Origin: Cetorhinus maximus
Lineage: Eukaryota
DNA length: 64,000 nucleotides
NCBI RefSeq assembly: GCF_964194155.1
Contig: NC_135901.1
Coordinates: 36,580,001-36,644,000, forward strand
Reading direction: 5' to 3'
Each line of letters begins with the position of its first letter. Positions within the stretch are counted from its first letter, which is position 1. The notes under the pieces were generated by a model. The model worked only from the letters and a program-made list of their open reading frames with translations, had not been told where the DNA came from and ran no database searches. This document shows, one piece after another, positions 1-11,799 of this stretch. The position numbers and the translations under genes were made by a program.

Positions 1-99
1 TTTAATTAGAGGAAATTTCAGCTTATCCAGTACTGGATGTGGGATAAGCAGTTTGATAATTTAGTAACAGTGGAGGAATGGAGAGGGATGGTGGTGAGG

Positions 100-286
100 T
101 TCCTTCACTGTCACTGGGTCAAAATCCTGGAACTCCCTCACTAACAGCACTGTGGGTGCACCTACACCACATGGACTGCAGCAATTCAAGAAGACAGCTC
201 ATCACCAACTTCTCAAGGGCAATTAAGGATGGGCAATAAATGCTGGCCCAGCCAGCGAAGCCCACATCCCGTGAATGAATAAAAAG
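100..286 (+). repeat. LINE 3'-end repeat with (TGAA)n/A tail; copies at 14570-14870 (-), 46438-46625 and 52165-52420
   Basis: Recurrent gggcaattagggatgggcaataaatgctggcc...gaatgaataaaaa. Confidence 0.7.
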
Positions 287-514
287 CAAGGAAGAGCTGG
301 ACATTGTCAGTGCACATGTGAAAACTAATGTGGAGCTTCAGGATGATGTTGCCTCGTGGCAACATGTAGATGAGAAATAGGAGGGGCCAAGGATAGATCC
401 TTGGGTTCACCAAGTTCAATGGCTTTGGAGAGGAAAGGGAGGTTGGCGATGGGGCAGTAGTTCTTTCTTCATCTTTCATGAAATCCACTTTTAAACCTGT
501 GTCCTCATTGGCAG

Positions 515-1348
515 TCTGTGGAAATTGTAACATTGAGGGTACATAATGTTCCCATGCTTGTTGTATAGGTTCCTGACTCGTAACAAGGGTGGGACCTTCT
601 TGTATTGGCTGTGATAGGGTCACCAGGTCAGTTCAAACATCAGTGAACCACAGTTTGGAGGCAGCCAGTTTCAGGGAGTCAGCCAGCAGGTGTGACAGAG
701 ACAGGCAGAGGTCCCAGTTAAGTTAAAGAAAGAGCCAAGCGGAGCAGATTTTAAAGAGGACCATTGGAGTAAAGATACCTCTTTGGAGCAGTGATGTTCT
801 GCTTGGCCTGGCCTAAGACCTGAAAGTGTGCTTGGAAGGTGAAACTTGAGGTTACTCGGCAATCCAGGGGAATCTCAGAAAGCAGGGTTGAAACCCTGTG
901 AGCTGAGTCATTGTTGAAGCTGACAGAGTTGGGAGTGACTTTGGAAAGAATTCCAAGGAGAAATCTTCAAAAGTGGTGATTTGAAACCCTCGTGACAAAG
1001 GCGAAGTTTCAGTGAGATTGGTTGGCTCACAATGTGGGCCATTGTGGGTTGTTGAGAAATCCATGGAATCTGTTTTGGTTGCATCTGTCATTTACTCTAT
1101 AGCATTGTGGGTCCGACTACAGGTCATGTTAATTCACACGTACCTCACACTTACACTGAATGTTAGAGTATAAGGTAGTTCTTGTAAACTATTTTATGTT
1201 TTTAGAACTTGTAAAATTTGCTTTGTTTTCTGTTTAAAAACCCTTGTAATCTTGTAGCTTTATTCTAAAAGCAGGTGTCTTGAATGTCAAACTTTTGACT
1301 AATACTTTAAGCAAAATGTTATTGGTCCCTAATGGATCCTACCATCAT
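515..1348 (+). mobile_element. Putative solo LTR; second copy at about 46858-47678
   Basis: About 830 bp of non-coding sequence between L2 remnants, beginning TGT, with LTR-like composition. No target-site duplication was confirmed. Confidence 0.35.
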
Positions 1349-1379
1349 CATCTTGGAGAGCGGTGGTGGGGGTGGGGGA

Positions 1380-2020
1380 GGGGGGTGCAGTGGGTGATGT
1401 GGAGGGGATTCTGGCTAAGGAAGGTAAAGACTTGTGAAAGCTAACACGGTGCTTTTGGATGATGCCACCGAGCGGCAGCATGCAGAGGAGAATGGGAGGG
1501 GCCAAGGATGGACCCTTGAGGGACTCCAAGTACAAGGGCTTTGGAGAGGAAACGGAGGTTGGTGATGGGGGGTCTAGCTTTCAAAGATGGTGGGGGTCAA
1601 GGATTGTCCATTTTTAGGATGGGTGCTCACAGTGGATTGCAAGGCAAGATGGACAGTGCCAGAAGAGAGAGAGAACTGTTAACAATATCAGCTAACAGGC
1701 AGAAGTTGGATGGTCAGCAGTTTAGTGAGAATAAGGTCAAGGGAGCAGAAGGTGGGTCTCATGGACAAGATGAGCACTGAGGGGACGTGAGGGGAGGTGG
1801 GATAGAAATTGGAGAAAGATGTAGGTTCAGGGCTCAGTCAAGGGGGAATTTTTGAGACTGTTTATCCCGGTGGGCTAGTGGAAGGGAGGGATGCAGCAGA
1901 GGCAGCTGATCGGATTGTCTAAATCTTAGTGACAAAGAAGCTCCATGAGCTCCTCACACTTGTTGGAGGTGAGGATGGAGGAGACAGAGGAGAAGGAGAG
2001 CCCTTCAAAAGTAACTAATT
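1380..2020 (-). mobile_element. L2 remnant behind ZNF 3' flank; equivalents at 33130-33630, 47720-48330 and 14480-14960
   Basis: Shared SWSFFVTKIETIRSAAS block immediately downstream of each subfamily-A ZNF. Confidence 0.75.
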
Positions 2021-2218
2021 GTGTTCAACATTAAAAGATTCAACACATCGTGTTGTTAAAAAGACTTAACATATTGTGTATTTAACACAAAGATGAATTA
2101 TTTCACTTTATCCAGAATATTAACATCTGTAACTGGGCTGGAGTTTAGTAACATCAGCAGAAACAGACCCCAATGAACATGGTTCAGTCCTCGATGTTAT
2201 TAACAGCAACACCTGTAG

Positions 2219-3329
2219 TTACTTGTGAACTCACTGGTGTTTCTGCAGAGTGGATAACTGAGTGCATCCCTTCCCTCATACAGAGCAGGTGAATGGTCTC
2301 TCCCCTGTGTGAATGCGCTGGTGTACAGTGAGGTTAGATGATGTCTTGACCTCAGTCCCACAGTAAGAGCACCTGAAAGTTTTCTCGTCAGTATGAACTC
2401 GCTGGTGTACAATGAGGTCAGCTGATCATCTGAACCGGGTCCCACAGTGAGAACACCTGAATGCTTTCTTGTCAGTGTGAACACGTTGATGGTATATCAG
2501 TTCCTGGGAACTTTTAAAACACTTCCCACAGTCGGGGGATTTAAAAAGTCTCTCACCAGTGTGAACCCGCTGGTGTGTCAGCAGGTGGGAAGACTGAGTG
2601 AATCTCTTCCTACACATAGAGCACCTGAATGGTCTCTCCCCAGTGTGTATTCGCTGATGTACAGAGAGTTGAGATAATTGCCTGAACCCAGTGCCGCAGT
2701 CAGAGCACCTGAACGGTCTCTCATCAGTGTGAGCACGTTGATGGAACGTCAGTTTGCTGGAGCTTTTATGGCACTTCCCGCAGTCTGGGCATTTAAAGAC
2801 TCTCGTCAGTGTGAACGAGCTGGTGTGTCAGCAGGTCAGTTGACTGAGAGAATCGCTTTCCACAATCGGCACATGTGAATGATCTCACCCCGGTGTGAGT
2901 TTCCATCAAGGCGGATGACTGAGTGAATCCCTTCCCACAGTCAGAACAGGTGAATGGTCTCTCCCCAGTGTGAACTCGCTGGTGTTTTAGCAGGTTGGAT
3001 GAATTAATGAATCCCTTCCCACACTCGGGGCAGGTGAATGGCCTCTCCCCGGTGTGAATTCGTTGGTGTGTGAGCAGGTCCATTGAATTAATGAATCCTT
3101 TCCTGCACTCGGAGCAGGTGAACGGCCTCTTCCCGATGTGACTGCCCCAATGTGTTTCCAGCTGAATTGGATTATTGAATCACTTCCCACAATCCCTACA
3201 TTTCCATGGATTCTCCCTGTTGTCCCTGCATTTATGTTTTGACAGGTCAGATGATCGGCTGAAGCCTCGTCCACACACAGAACACATGTACCGTTTCTCC
3301 CCACTGTGAACGGTGCTTTTTCCTTCCAT
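2219..3329 (-). pseudogene. C2H2 zinc-finger pseudogene, direct paralog of the gene at 48526-49731
   Basis: Finger fragments lie in several frames (ORFs 3180-3377, 2793-3083, 2426-2617) with a TGA after WKCRDCGK. The finger sequences nearly match the 48526 gene but carry deletions and frameshifts. The upstream acceptor AG is missing. Confidence 0.9.
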
Positions 3330-3789
3330 GTTCAAAATCCAATAATACTGAGTTAACGATAAATTGGGCGACTCCATCAGATCCTGATGTGACGTTTGGT
3401 TTGTTTCCTGACTGCAAATCCTCCCCTTCTAATCCCCGTCTCTGTCTCAAAAGGGAGACCTCTTACTCTTCTGGAAACTAACTCACCTGGTCCCACTCCC
3501 CTGCCTTTTCCCTGAAAACTTGCATTTTCTGTCCAATTCTCTTTTGAATCCGTGACTGAATCTGCCACATTCTCAGGTGGTGCATTCCAGATCCTAACCA
3601 CTTGCTGTGTAACAGAGAAACCCCTTTAGAATTGTACACTTTATCTGATGCTACCACTTTCTCCTCATTCTTCCGACCAAAATGAATCACTTCACACTCC
3701 CTTACATTAAATTCCAGGTACGTTTTCACAGTTTACAGGAGGATATTCCTGTGCATTGTGACAGTTCACACAGTGGTAAGAAAGAAGTT

Positions 3790-3860
3790 TTCTCCAAACG
3801 GGAATTGAATCAAGGCTGCGGCGGTGAAAGGAACAAATCGTAACATGAAACTCTCCACCT
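3790..3860 (-). pseudogene. Decayed tRNA-Glu(TTC)
   Basis: cgggaattgaatcaaggctgcggcggtgaaagg resembles the reverse complement of the vertebrate tRNA-Glu T arm and anticodon arm. The 5' half is degenerate. Confidence 0.6.
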
Positions 3861-4013
3861 TCCAGTGAAGCGGAGGCAGTTTCACTCAGAAACCAGCAGC
3901 TGTGACATTAACAAAGCCGGATGGAGAAAAACTCAGTTTGAGTGATGACACTGCCGGAGGAATGGAGAACGGGAGATCACCCATGAAAGCAGCAAAGCTT
4001 TAAAAGCAGACGA

Positions 4014-4086
4014 CACACAGCGTGGGGCTCGAACCCACGAGCCTGAGATTAAAAGTCTCATGCTCTACCGACTGAGCTAGCCGGGC
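4014..4086 (-). tRNA. tRNA-Lys gene or pseudogene: Lys-CTT-type body with TTT anticodon
   Basis: Reverse complement GCCCGGCTAGCTCAGTCGGTAGAGCATGAGACTTTTAATCTCAGGCTCGTGGGTTCGAGCCCCACGCTGTGTG. A and B boxes are intact and a TTTT run lies downstream, but the acceptor stem has a C3:T70 mismatch. Confidence 0.85.
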
Positions 4087-5786
4087 GTGCATGCACTTTA
4101 TTTCCTGTGCGAAAATTTAAGGAGATCAATATTGTTTTCTACCTGGAGCAACAGCTTGTTCTGAATTTCAAAGTGTGGAAGGTATTCAACCTCCAAAAGC
4201 CCCAAGGTTGCAAAACATTCATCTCAATCATCAATAACATCATTCACATCTTCCACTTCTCAGCTGCACCTCCTTCCAGCATTGCAAACTCCTCTTGCAT
4301 CCTGATATTTTTCTCTGTGACATTGTAATATGACGCTGCACAATTAATGTGAATAAAGTTTGTGATGGTGAAAATATGTGTTCATGTCTCAGGAACTGAA
4401 CTACATTGACACACACAGAGGAACATACACAGACATATGCTCCGAGCATGACGGGGGCCAAAGGTGAGACAAAACACCCAGAAATCAAGATGTCACCAAC
4501 TTGGCCAATTATTGTTCCATTTCAGAGACCAAATGTTGTGAATGTTTGCAGATGAACAGAAGTAAGAAACACGGGGGTGTTTGGGTAATTTTCTTTTTAA
4601 TTTGACTGAGAATTTATTCTGCAGACAGTTTGTGTCAATCAGGAATGAGAAGAAGGGGAGTTGGGAGGATTCGAGCCACGTGGAAAAACACCTGAGCCAC
4701 TCGGCCAGGACAACTGGGTAAAGGCTGCGTGTTGTTTGTTTAAAATGATAGAATGAATACAGGGAGTTCCAGTGAAAGAAGGTCTTCCAGTCCATGCCAT
4801 TGCCCCACCTTTTCCCAGTCACCCTGGGATTTACACTGTCTCTCCTCATTCTCCCAACTGAAATACAACACCGCACAGCTCAGCTGCTCCTTCACCACAC
4901 AGAGAATTTTTTGGAAGCGCCTCAAATAACAAAGCACCAGAAAGTTTGTCAGCGGTGAGAGTAAAGCCCAAATCACCAGAGAGATCGAAACCTGAACCAG
5001 CGGCTGAGCCCGCTCGGCCTCACTACCACATTCAGATTAGACACAAACATTGACACTGAATTAGGATATAAAAAATGATGATCAGGAATTGGCCATTCGG
5101 TCCCTCGAGCATTCTTAGCTACTTAATAAGATTATGTGAAAACTTCAAACATCATCCACTTTGTAACATCCTGAACAGTCTCCAATCAAAGAAAAGAGAG
5201 AAATGTCTTCTTGCATCTTTCAAAACTGATGGTTTTTTCCTCTCTGAATCATATGATATGAAGCCACAGAGCGAACATGAATAATGTTTGGGTGGTAAAA
5301 ATGGGAAACTGAACCACAATTGACAGACACAAAGAAACACAAATATGCATGTTAAGATTTGAAAGTGCATATTTTCACACTGTCTTTCAATGTGCAGAAA
5401 GTGGAGCTGTGATCAGCTTACAGCTCAGAAGATGTACAGCAAGAACAGCTCACATTGCCTGTTGGGACTCTGTGAGCTGCAGTTAATGATTGAGACCATT
5501 TAATTGTCGTTCAACAAGTCCGGTTCTAAATTCTGTGCTAGAAATGATAAGAAAACTCGCTGAATTTGCTCAATGTCTTGAATTCGAAGCATCACATGGA
5601 AGATAAGAAAGTTCACCTTAACCGTGGTGTGAGGAAAAATAAAATGACAGAAAGTTACAGCAAAGAAAGAGGCCATTCGGCCCTGTGTTCTGTTTTCAAT
5701 GAGCAATGTGATTCGTTGATCTGAATACTCAAAGATATTCGTCATTTCGAAAGAATGGGCAAAAAGGGAAACGAGGCGGAGTCGCG

Positions 5787-6310
5787 TTGTTAATGAGGAA
5801 TGAGATCGGTACATTAGTGAGAGAGGATCTCAGATTGAAGGATCAAGATGTAGAATCAGTTTGGGTGGAGCTTAGAAACAGCAAGAGGCAACAAACATTG
5901 GTGGGAGTTGTTTATAGGCCACAAAACTATAGTGGTAATGTTGGGCATGAGATAAATCAGGGAATTAGAGCTGCATGTGACATGGGTAATACAGGAATAA
6001 TATTCTGCCTCGCACCACTGCTCTATAGTCAGTGCTTTGTAACCTATCACGGCCCTTCTCTTTTATTTTCACTCCCTCACTCCGACTCTGGGTTTGTTCC
6101 TGAGTTTTGCCCTTGTGACATTTCCAGCTCTGATGTGAAACTTCCACACTGGCACTCCACTAGTTACAGGTTGCCATCCTGAAAAATGCCCCCCTTATCC
6201 CAACTCTCTGCCTTCTATTAGCCAATCCTCTATCCATACGAATATACTATTCCCAACACTCTAATCTTATTGAGTAGCCCTATGTGCAGTACCTTATCGA
6301 ACCTCTATTA
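5787..6310. mobile_element. CR1 fragments: endonuclease on +, RT piece on -
   Basis: VESVWVELRNSKRQQTLVGVVYRP at 5787-6000. An inverted RT-region piece lies at about 6160-6310. Confidence 0.75.
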
Positions 6311-6609
6311 AAATGAAATCTCTGAATTCTTCCAGTTTGGGTAAAAGGTCACCGACCTGAAACATTCACTCTGTTTCCCTCTCCACAGAAGCTGTTTGAC
6401 CTGCTGAATGTTTCTAACATTTTCTGTTTTGAAGTCGGATTTCCAGCATCATGTTTTTGGGTTCACAGTGGATTAGTTTTCTCTGACTTATCGTTCCCTG
6501 TTTAAAGGTGAAGAAAGAGCTTTTACAGAATGAGACAATAACTGTCCCCCTGTTCGACATGAAACTAAACTCACTGTTAATTCCTCCTCAGTAGCAATTG
6601 TAAACACAA

Positions 6610-6681
6610 AGCTTCCAGCCGGGATTGAACCGGGGACTTTCTCATGTAAAGTAAAGGTGATAATCAGTGCACTAGGGAAAT
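6610..6681 (-). pseudogene. Decayed tRNA-Val(TAC)
   Basis: Reverse complement ATTTCCCTAGTGCACTGATTATCACCTTTACTTTACATGAGAAAGTCCCCGGTTCAATCCCGGCTGGAAGC is colinear with vertebrate tRNA-Val. Confidence 0.7.
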
Positions 6682-6809
6682 GAGTGTGAATCCCCCCCGG
6701 ACAGAGGGGAACTGACCATCCATCTCTAGCTCTAATTCCCAAACAGAAAATGCTGCCAAGAATCAGCAAGTCAGGCTGAGTCTGTGGCCGCTCTCACCAT
6801 CTGAAACCG

Positions 6810-7235
6810 TCACAATGCCCGGTTGATTGACGGCAGCTCCAGGTCAATAGCAAGAGGGGGCGGGACTGGAGGACCGAGCGTGAGCGGCAGGTCCTCCAAC
6901 CAATCGGGGTGAATGAGGGGCGGGGCCCGAGGGAAGAGACATCGCGCAGGCGCAGGGTCGTTGTACCTGAAGCCCGGGGAGTGCGGGAGCTGAAGGAGGC
7001 GGGAAAGGGTGAGTAACAGCCGAGTACAGGAGAGAAATGGAGTCAGTGCGGACTGGGAGGTTTCATAAACACCCGGTGTAGGACTCAAGATCCGAATTGA
7101 AAATTCCCAGTCCCGCGTTTGCACCAAATCGGCAACAGCTGCGGCCTCATACCCGGGGTAACGGCCGCCATCTTTATGGGGCAATGTGCAGCAGGGCGCA
7201 TGCGCGGTCATCCTGGTCCAGGTAACAGGAGGAGA
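6810..7235 (+). promoter_or_regulatory. CpG-rich promoter and first exon of the 8563 gene
   Basis: CCAAT boxes, GC boxes (gggcggg), NRF1-type GCGCAGGCGC and GCGCATGCGC (7196-7205), YY1 GCCGCCATCTT (7164-7174), and a donor AAGG|GTGAGT at 7009. Confidence 0.75.
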
Positions 7236-8562
7236 GAATGTTGTGCATTTCTATCCTGGACTGACAGGGACGGATTTTGGAAACTCCTTTTACAGGGGGT
7301 TAGAAAGGGAGGATTTGCACACAACAAACTCAAACCTATTTGTCTCTTCTCAATTTCTGTCCTGGACTGACAGGGATGGATTTTGGAAACTCCTTTTATT
7401 GGGGATTAGGAGGGGAGGATTTACACACAGCAAACTCAAACCAAGAGAAATGTTTGTCTCTTCTCTATTTCTTTCCTGGCCTGACAGTAATGCCTTTGAA
7501 TACTTTTTTGCTGGATATTACATCAGGATTCTCAGACGGGACACTCACACTAAACATCACATCTAAGTGGCACTTAATCACTCCATTCATCAGGACTGGA
7601 TATTATCGGCCTCTGAGTGTAAGTGTTGATTTCCAGGTGATTACCACTCACTGTATAAAATTTCTTCTTCACATCCCCCCTCTAGATCTTGCACCAAATC
7701 TTAAAACTTTGTCTTGTAATCCTTTTACTATCAGCTACTGTGAATGGCTTTTCTTTAGCTACCTTATGTGAACCTATCATTAAGTTGCACACCTCCATCA
7801 AATCTCCGTTCAACCTAAGATAAAAGAAAAATACCACAGATGCTGGAAATTTGAAACAAAAACAGAGAGCAGAAGAGTCATCCAGACTCAAAATGTTAAC
7901 TCTGTCTTTCTCTCCACAGATGCTGTTAGACCTGCTGAGTTTTTCCAGCATTTGCTGTTTTTGCTCCCTTCAACCTACTTGGCTTCAAGGAGAACCACCC
8001 CAGTTTCTCCAACCAGGGTATGTGGAGTGTATACCATCGACAAGATGCAACACACCAGGGCTCCTTCAGCAGCACCTTCCAAACCCATAACCTCTAACAC
8101 TAAGGACAAGGGCAGCAGACACATGGGAACACCACCACCTGCAAGTTCCTCTCCAAGTCATACACCATCCTGACTAGGAACTATATCGCCGTATATCTCG
8201 GAGGGGAACTTGGAGGTGATGATATTCACGTGTACCAGCTACCCTGGTCCTGCTAAGTGGTGGAGGTTGAGGGTTCCCCCATCGTGCTGTCTCTCTTTCT
8301 CTCTCTCTCTCTCTCTCTCGCTCTCAGCTTTAACGTTCCACTTTCTCCTAGTGCCAACCTCACAAATTATTCATTAGTTTGGTTTCACAACCTGCCTTTG
8401 TGTTTTTGTGGGTTCTCTCTCACTCCCTTTTTTCTGTTTTAAATTAATTTCACAGGATGTTGGAAGGGGAGGATTTACAGTCAGGAAACTGAAACCAAAC
8501 ATCACATTAGGAGCTGACAATTGCCCAATGTATCGTAACCTGAATATCATTAGATTTTGAAC

Positions 8563-9768
8563 ATGGAAGGAAAAAGCACCGTTCCCACTGGGAAGAAACT
8601 GTGGAAATGTGGGGACTGTGGGAATGGATTCAGTTACCCATCCCAGTTGGAAACTCATCGGCGCACTCACACTGGTGAGAGACTGTTCACCTGCTCCGAG
8701 TGTGGGAAGGGATTCACTCGGTCATCCCACCTGCTGACACACCAGCGATTTCACACTGGTGAGAGGCCATTCACCTGTTCCAAGTGTGGGAAGGGATTTA
8801 CTGTTTCATCCACCCTGCAGAGACACCAGCGTGTTCACACTGACGAGAGACCTTTCAAATGCTCAGAGTGTGGAAAGTGTTATAAAAGTTCTCAGGAGCT
8901 CATGTCCCATCAACGTGTTCACACTGATGAGAGACCGTTCAGGTGCTCTCACTGCGGGACTGGGTTCAAGACATCATATTACCTCAATGTGCATCAGCGC
9001 AGTCACACTGGGGAGAGACCGTTCACCTGCTCCAAGTGTGGGATGGCATTCAGCCAGTCCTCCAGCCTTCTGAGACACCAGCAAGTTCACACAGGGGAGA
9101 GACCATTCGCCTGCTCCGAGTGTGGGAAGGGATTCAGTCAGTTATCAACCCTGCAGACACACCAGCGAGTTCACACTGGGGAGAAACCATTCTCCTGCTC
9201 CGAGTGTGGGATGCGATTCAGTAGTTCAACCACCCTGCTGATACACCAGCGAGTTCACACTGACGAGAGACCTTTTCAATGCCCAGACTGTGGGAAGAGC
9301 TTTAAACGTTCCCAGGAACTGATGTCCCATCAACGTGTTCACACGAATGAGAGACCATTCAGGTGCTCTCAGTGCGGGACTGGGTTCAGGTGGTCATCTC
9401 AACTCTTGGAACATCAGCGGGTTCACACTGGGGAGAGGCCGTTCACCTGCTCCAAATGTGGGAAGAGATTCACTCATTCATCCAACTTGCAGAGACACAA
9501 GCGAGTTCACACTGACAAGAGACCTTTTAAATGCCCAGACTGCGGGAAGTGCTATAAAAGTTCGAGGGAACTGATGTCCCATCAACGTATTCACACTGAT
9601 GAGAGACCATTCAAGTGCTCTGACTGTGGGACCGAATTCAGGCAATCATCTCAGCTCACTGTGCACCAGCGAATTCACACTGGGGAGAGGCCATTCACCT
9701 GCTCCGAGTGTGGGAAGAGATTCACTCAGTCATCCCACCTGCTGAGACACCAGCGAACTCACAAGTAA
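8563..9768 (+). CDS. Finger-only C2H2 zinc-finger protein, 14 fingers, 401 aa from MEGK
   Basis: Uninterrupted CxxC-x12-HxxxH repeats with TGERP/TDERP linkers. ATG at 8563. A polypyrimidine tract and acceptor AG lie at 8454-8455. Confidence 0.93.
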   Translation: MEGKSTVPTGKKLWKCGDCGNGFSYPSQLETHRRTHTGERLFTCSECGKGFTRSSHLLTHQRFHTGERPFTCSKCGKGFTVSSTLQRHQRVHTDERPFKCSECGKCYKSSQELMSHQRVHTDERPFRCSHCGTGFKTSYYLNVHQRSHTGERPFTCSKCGMAFSQSSSLLRHQQVHTGERPFACSECGKGFSQLSTLQTHQRVHTGEKPFSCSECGMRFSSSTTLLIHQRVHTDERPFQCPDCGKSFKRSQELMSHQRVHTNERPFRCSQCGTGFRWSSQLLEHQRVHTGERPFTCSKCGKRFTHSSNLQRHKRVHTDKRPFKCPDCGKCYKSSRELMSHQRIHTDERPFKCSDCGTEFRQSSQLTVHQRIHTGERPFTCSECGKRFTQSSHLLRHQRTHK

Positions 9769-9959
9769 CTACAGTGATGGGATTTTGCTGTTAATCACAC
9801 CCAGGAATGAACCAGGTTCATTAGAGTCTGTTTCTGCTGATGTTAATCAACTCCAGCCCAGTTATAGGAGCTATTATTATCAGAAAAATAGCCAAATTCA
9901 TCAGCTTTGTGTTAAATCCATTCTGTCGAATATTTTTAATATCTCTAACGTAAGTTAGT

Positions 9960-11440
9960 TCCTTTTGAAGGACTCTCCCTCTCCCCTGTCTCCTCCATCC
10001 TCACCTCCAGCAAGTGTGAGGAGATCATGGAGCTTCTTTGTCACTAAGATTGAGACAATCCTATCAGCTGCCTCTGCTGCTTGCCTCTCTTTCATTAGCC
10101 CACCAGGACAAACTGTCTCTGAAGTTCCCCTTTGTCTGAGCCCTGAACCCACATCTTTCTCCAGTTTCTCTCCCACTTCCCTCATGCCCTCTTGATCCTA
10201 TTCTCACTAAACTGCTGACCATCCAACTTCTCCATCTTAGCTGATATTGTTAATGGTTCTCTCTCTCTTTTGGGACTGTCCCTCTCACCTTTAAATCCAC
10301 CATCCTCACCCATTCTAAAAAAAAGCAAATTTTGACCCAACCATCTCTGGAAACTACCGCCCCATCTCCAACCTTTTTTTCCTCTCCAAAGTCCTTGTAC
10401 TTGGTGTCCCCCAAGGATCTCTCTTTGGCCCCTCCTATTTCTCATCTACATGCTGCCACTCGGTGACATCATCCAAAAGCACCGTGTTAGTTTTCACATG
10501 TACACTGACAGCACCCAGCTCTACCTCACCACTATCCCTCTCCATTCCTCCACTGTTACTAAATTATCAAACTCCTTATCCCACACCCAGTACTGGATAA
10601 GCAGAAATTTCCTCCAATTAAAAATTGGGAAGACCAAAGCCATTGTCTTCGGTCACCACTATAAATTCTGTTCCCTAACTACCGAGTCCATCCCTCTCTC
10701 CGGGAACTGTCTGAGGCTGAACCACACTGTTCACAATCTCGGTGTCATATTTGACCCCAGGAGGGTGTTTCTGACCACATATCCACACCATCACTAACAC
10801 CGGGTATTTCAATCTCCATAACGTCGCCTGACTCCACCTAACCCCAGCTCATGTGCTGAAACTTTTATCCGTCTCCATGTTACCTTTAGACTTGATGATT
10901 CCATTACATTCCTGACCAGCTTCTCATATTCAAACTGTCCCCCACACTGAAACGTGAGATCATCTATGTCTATGAGCTTTCTCACGTCAAGTCCCCATCA
11001 CCCCTGTGCTCACTGACCTACATTGGCTCCTGGTCAAGCAGTGCCTTAATTTTAAAGCTCATAGCCTTGTTTACAAATCCCTCCATGGCCTCGTCTCTCC
11101 CTATCTCTGTAATCTCCAGTCACTCACCCTCTGAGGCATCTGCACTCCTCTCATTCTGGCCTCTTGAACATCCCTGATTTTAATTACTGCTCCATTGGTG
11201 GCTGTGCCTCAGTGTGATGCTCTGAAATTCCCTCCCTAAACCTCTCCACCCCCTCCAGCTCTCTCTCCTGATTAAAGATGCTGGTTAAAATCTGCCTCTC
11301 CAATCAAGATTTTGTCCATTTACCCTAATATCTCCATTTGTGACTCTGTGTCAATTTTTTTTCTTTATGAAACTCCTGTGAAGAATTTTGGAACATTTTA
11401 TTACATTAAACGTGTTTTATAAATACAAATTGTTTCTGTT
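9960..11440 (+). mobile_element. Decayed L2 LINE
   Basis: GVPQG and [23 protein letters not shown] (decayed YADD) RT motifs, with an L2-type 3' tail at about 11380-11435. Confidence 0.85.
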
Positions 11441-11799
11441 TCATGACAGTCAGTTTGTGCACAGTAAGATTCCACAAACAGCAATCAGACTAACTGATTA
11501 ATCCAGTTTTTTTTTTTGGTGGTGTTAGTTAAAGCACGAATGTTGGTCCCACTGCACCAGGAGAACTCCACTGTGGACAGCATGTGGAGTTGTTGAGCTC
11601 TCCTGAGCTGAGAGTAGAGCTGATTGAGCTGTGGGGCCTGTACTGTACCTTGAAGAACCGCTGTCTTTTACCTACATCTCACCCATTAGAAATCCATGAA
11701 GTTTATGGGTTCAAACAAAACAATAAATTATTTTCTCTTCATCAGTTCCATCGTGAGTGAAACAGGTGTAAATAAAATATCATTTTTTTCCCTTATTCC

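Larger units (their letters stand above)
29..3435 (+). repeat. Direct segmental duplication of about 46368-49835
   Basis: Colinear LINE tail, LTR-like block, L2 remnant and ZNF at high identity by eye. Confidence 0.92.

Noticed and set aside
7186-7566. Recurrent ORF MQQGACAVILVQVAGGEN... as a protein-coding gene or effector domain
   Set aside because: It starts at GTG in the track, spans TF motifs and splice signals, and its length and frame differ among copies. Duplication of the regulatory module explains it.
8759-9574. Alternative-frame and antisense ORFs over the finger arrays (e.g. ...[21 protein letters not shown]...), also at 49389-49706 and 60501-61040
   Set aside because: Shadow frames produced by the repetitive finger codons; no independent support.
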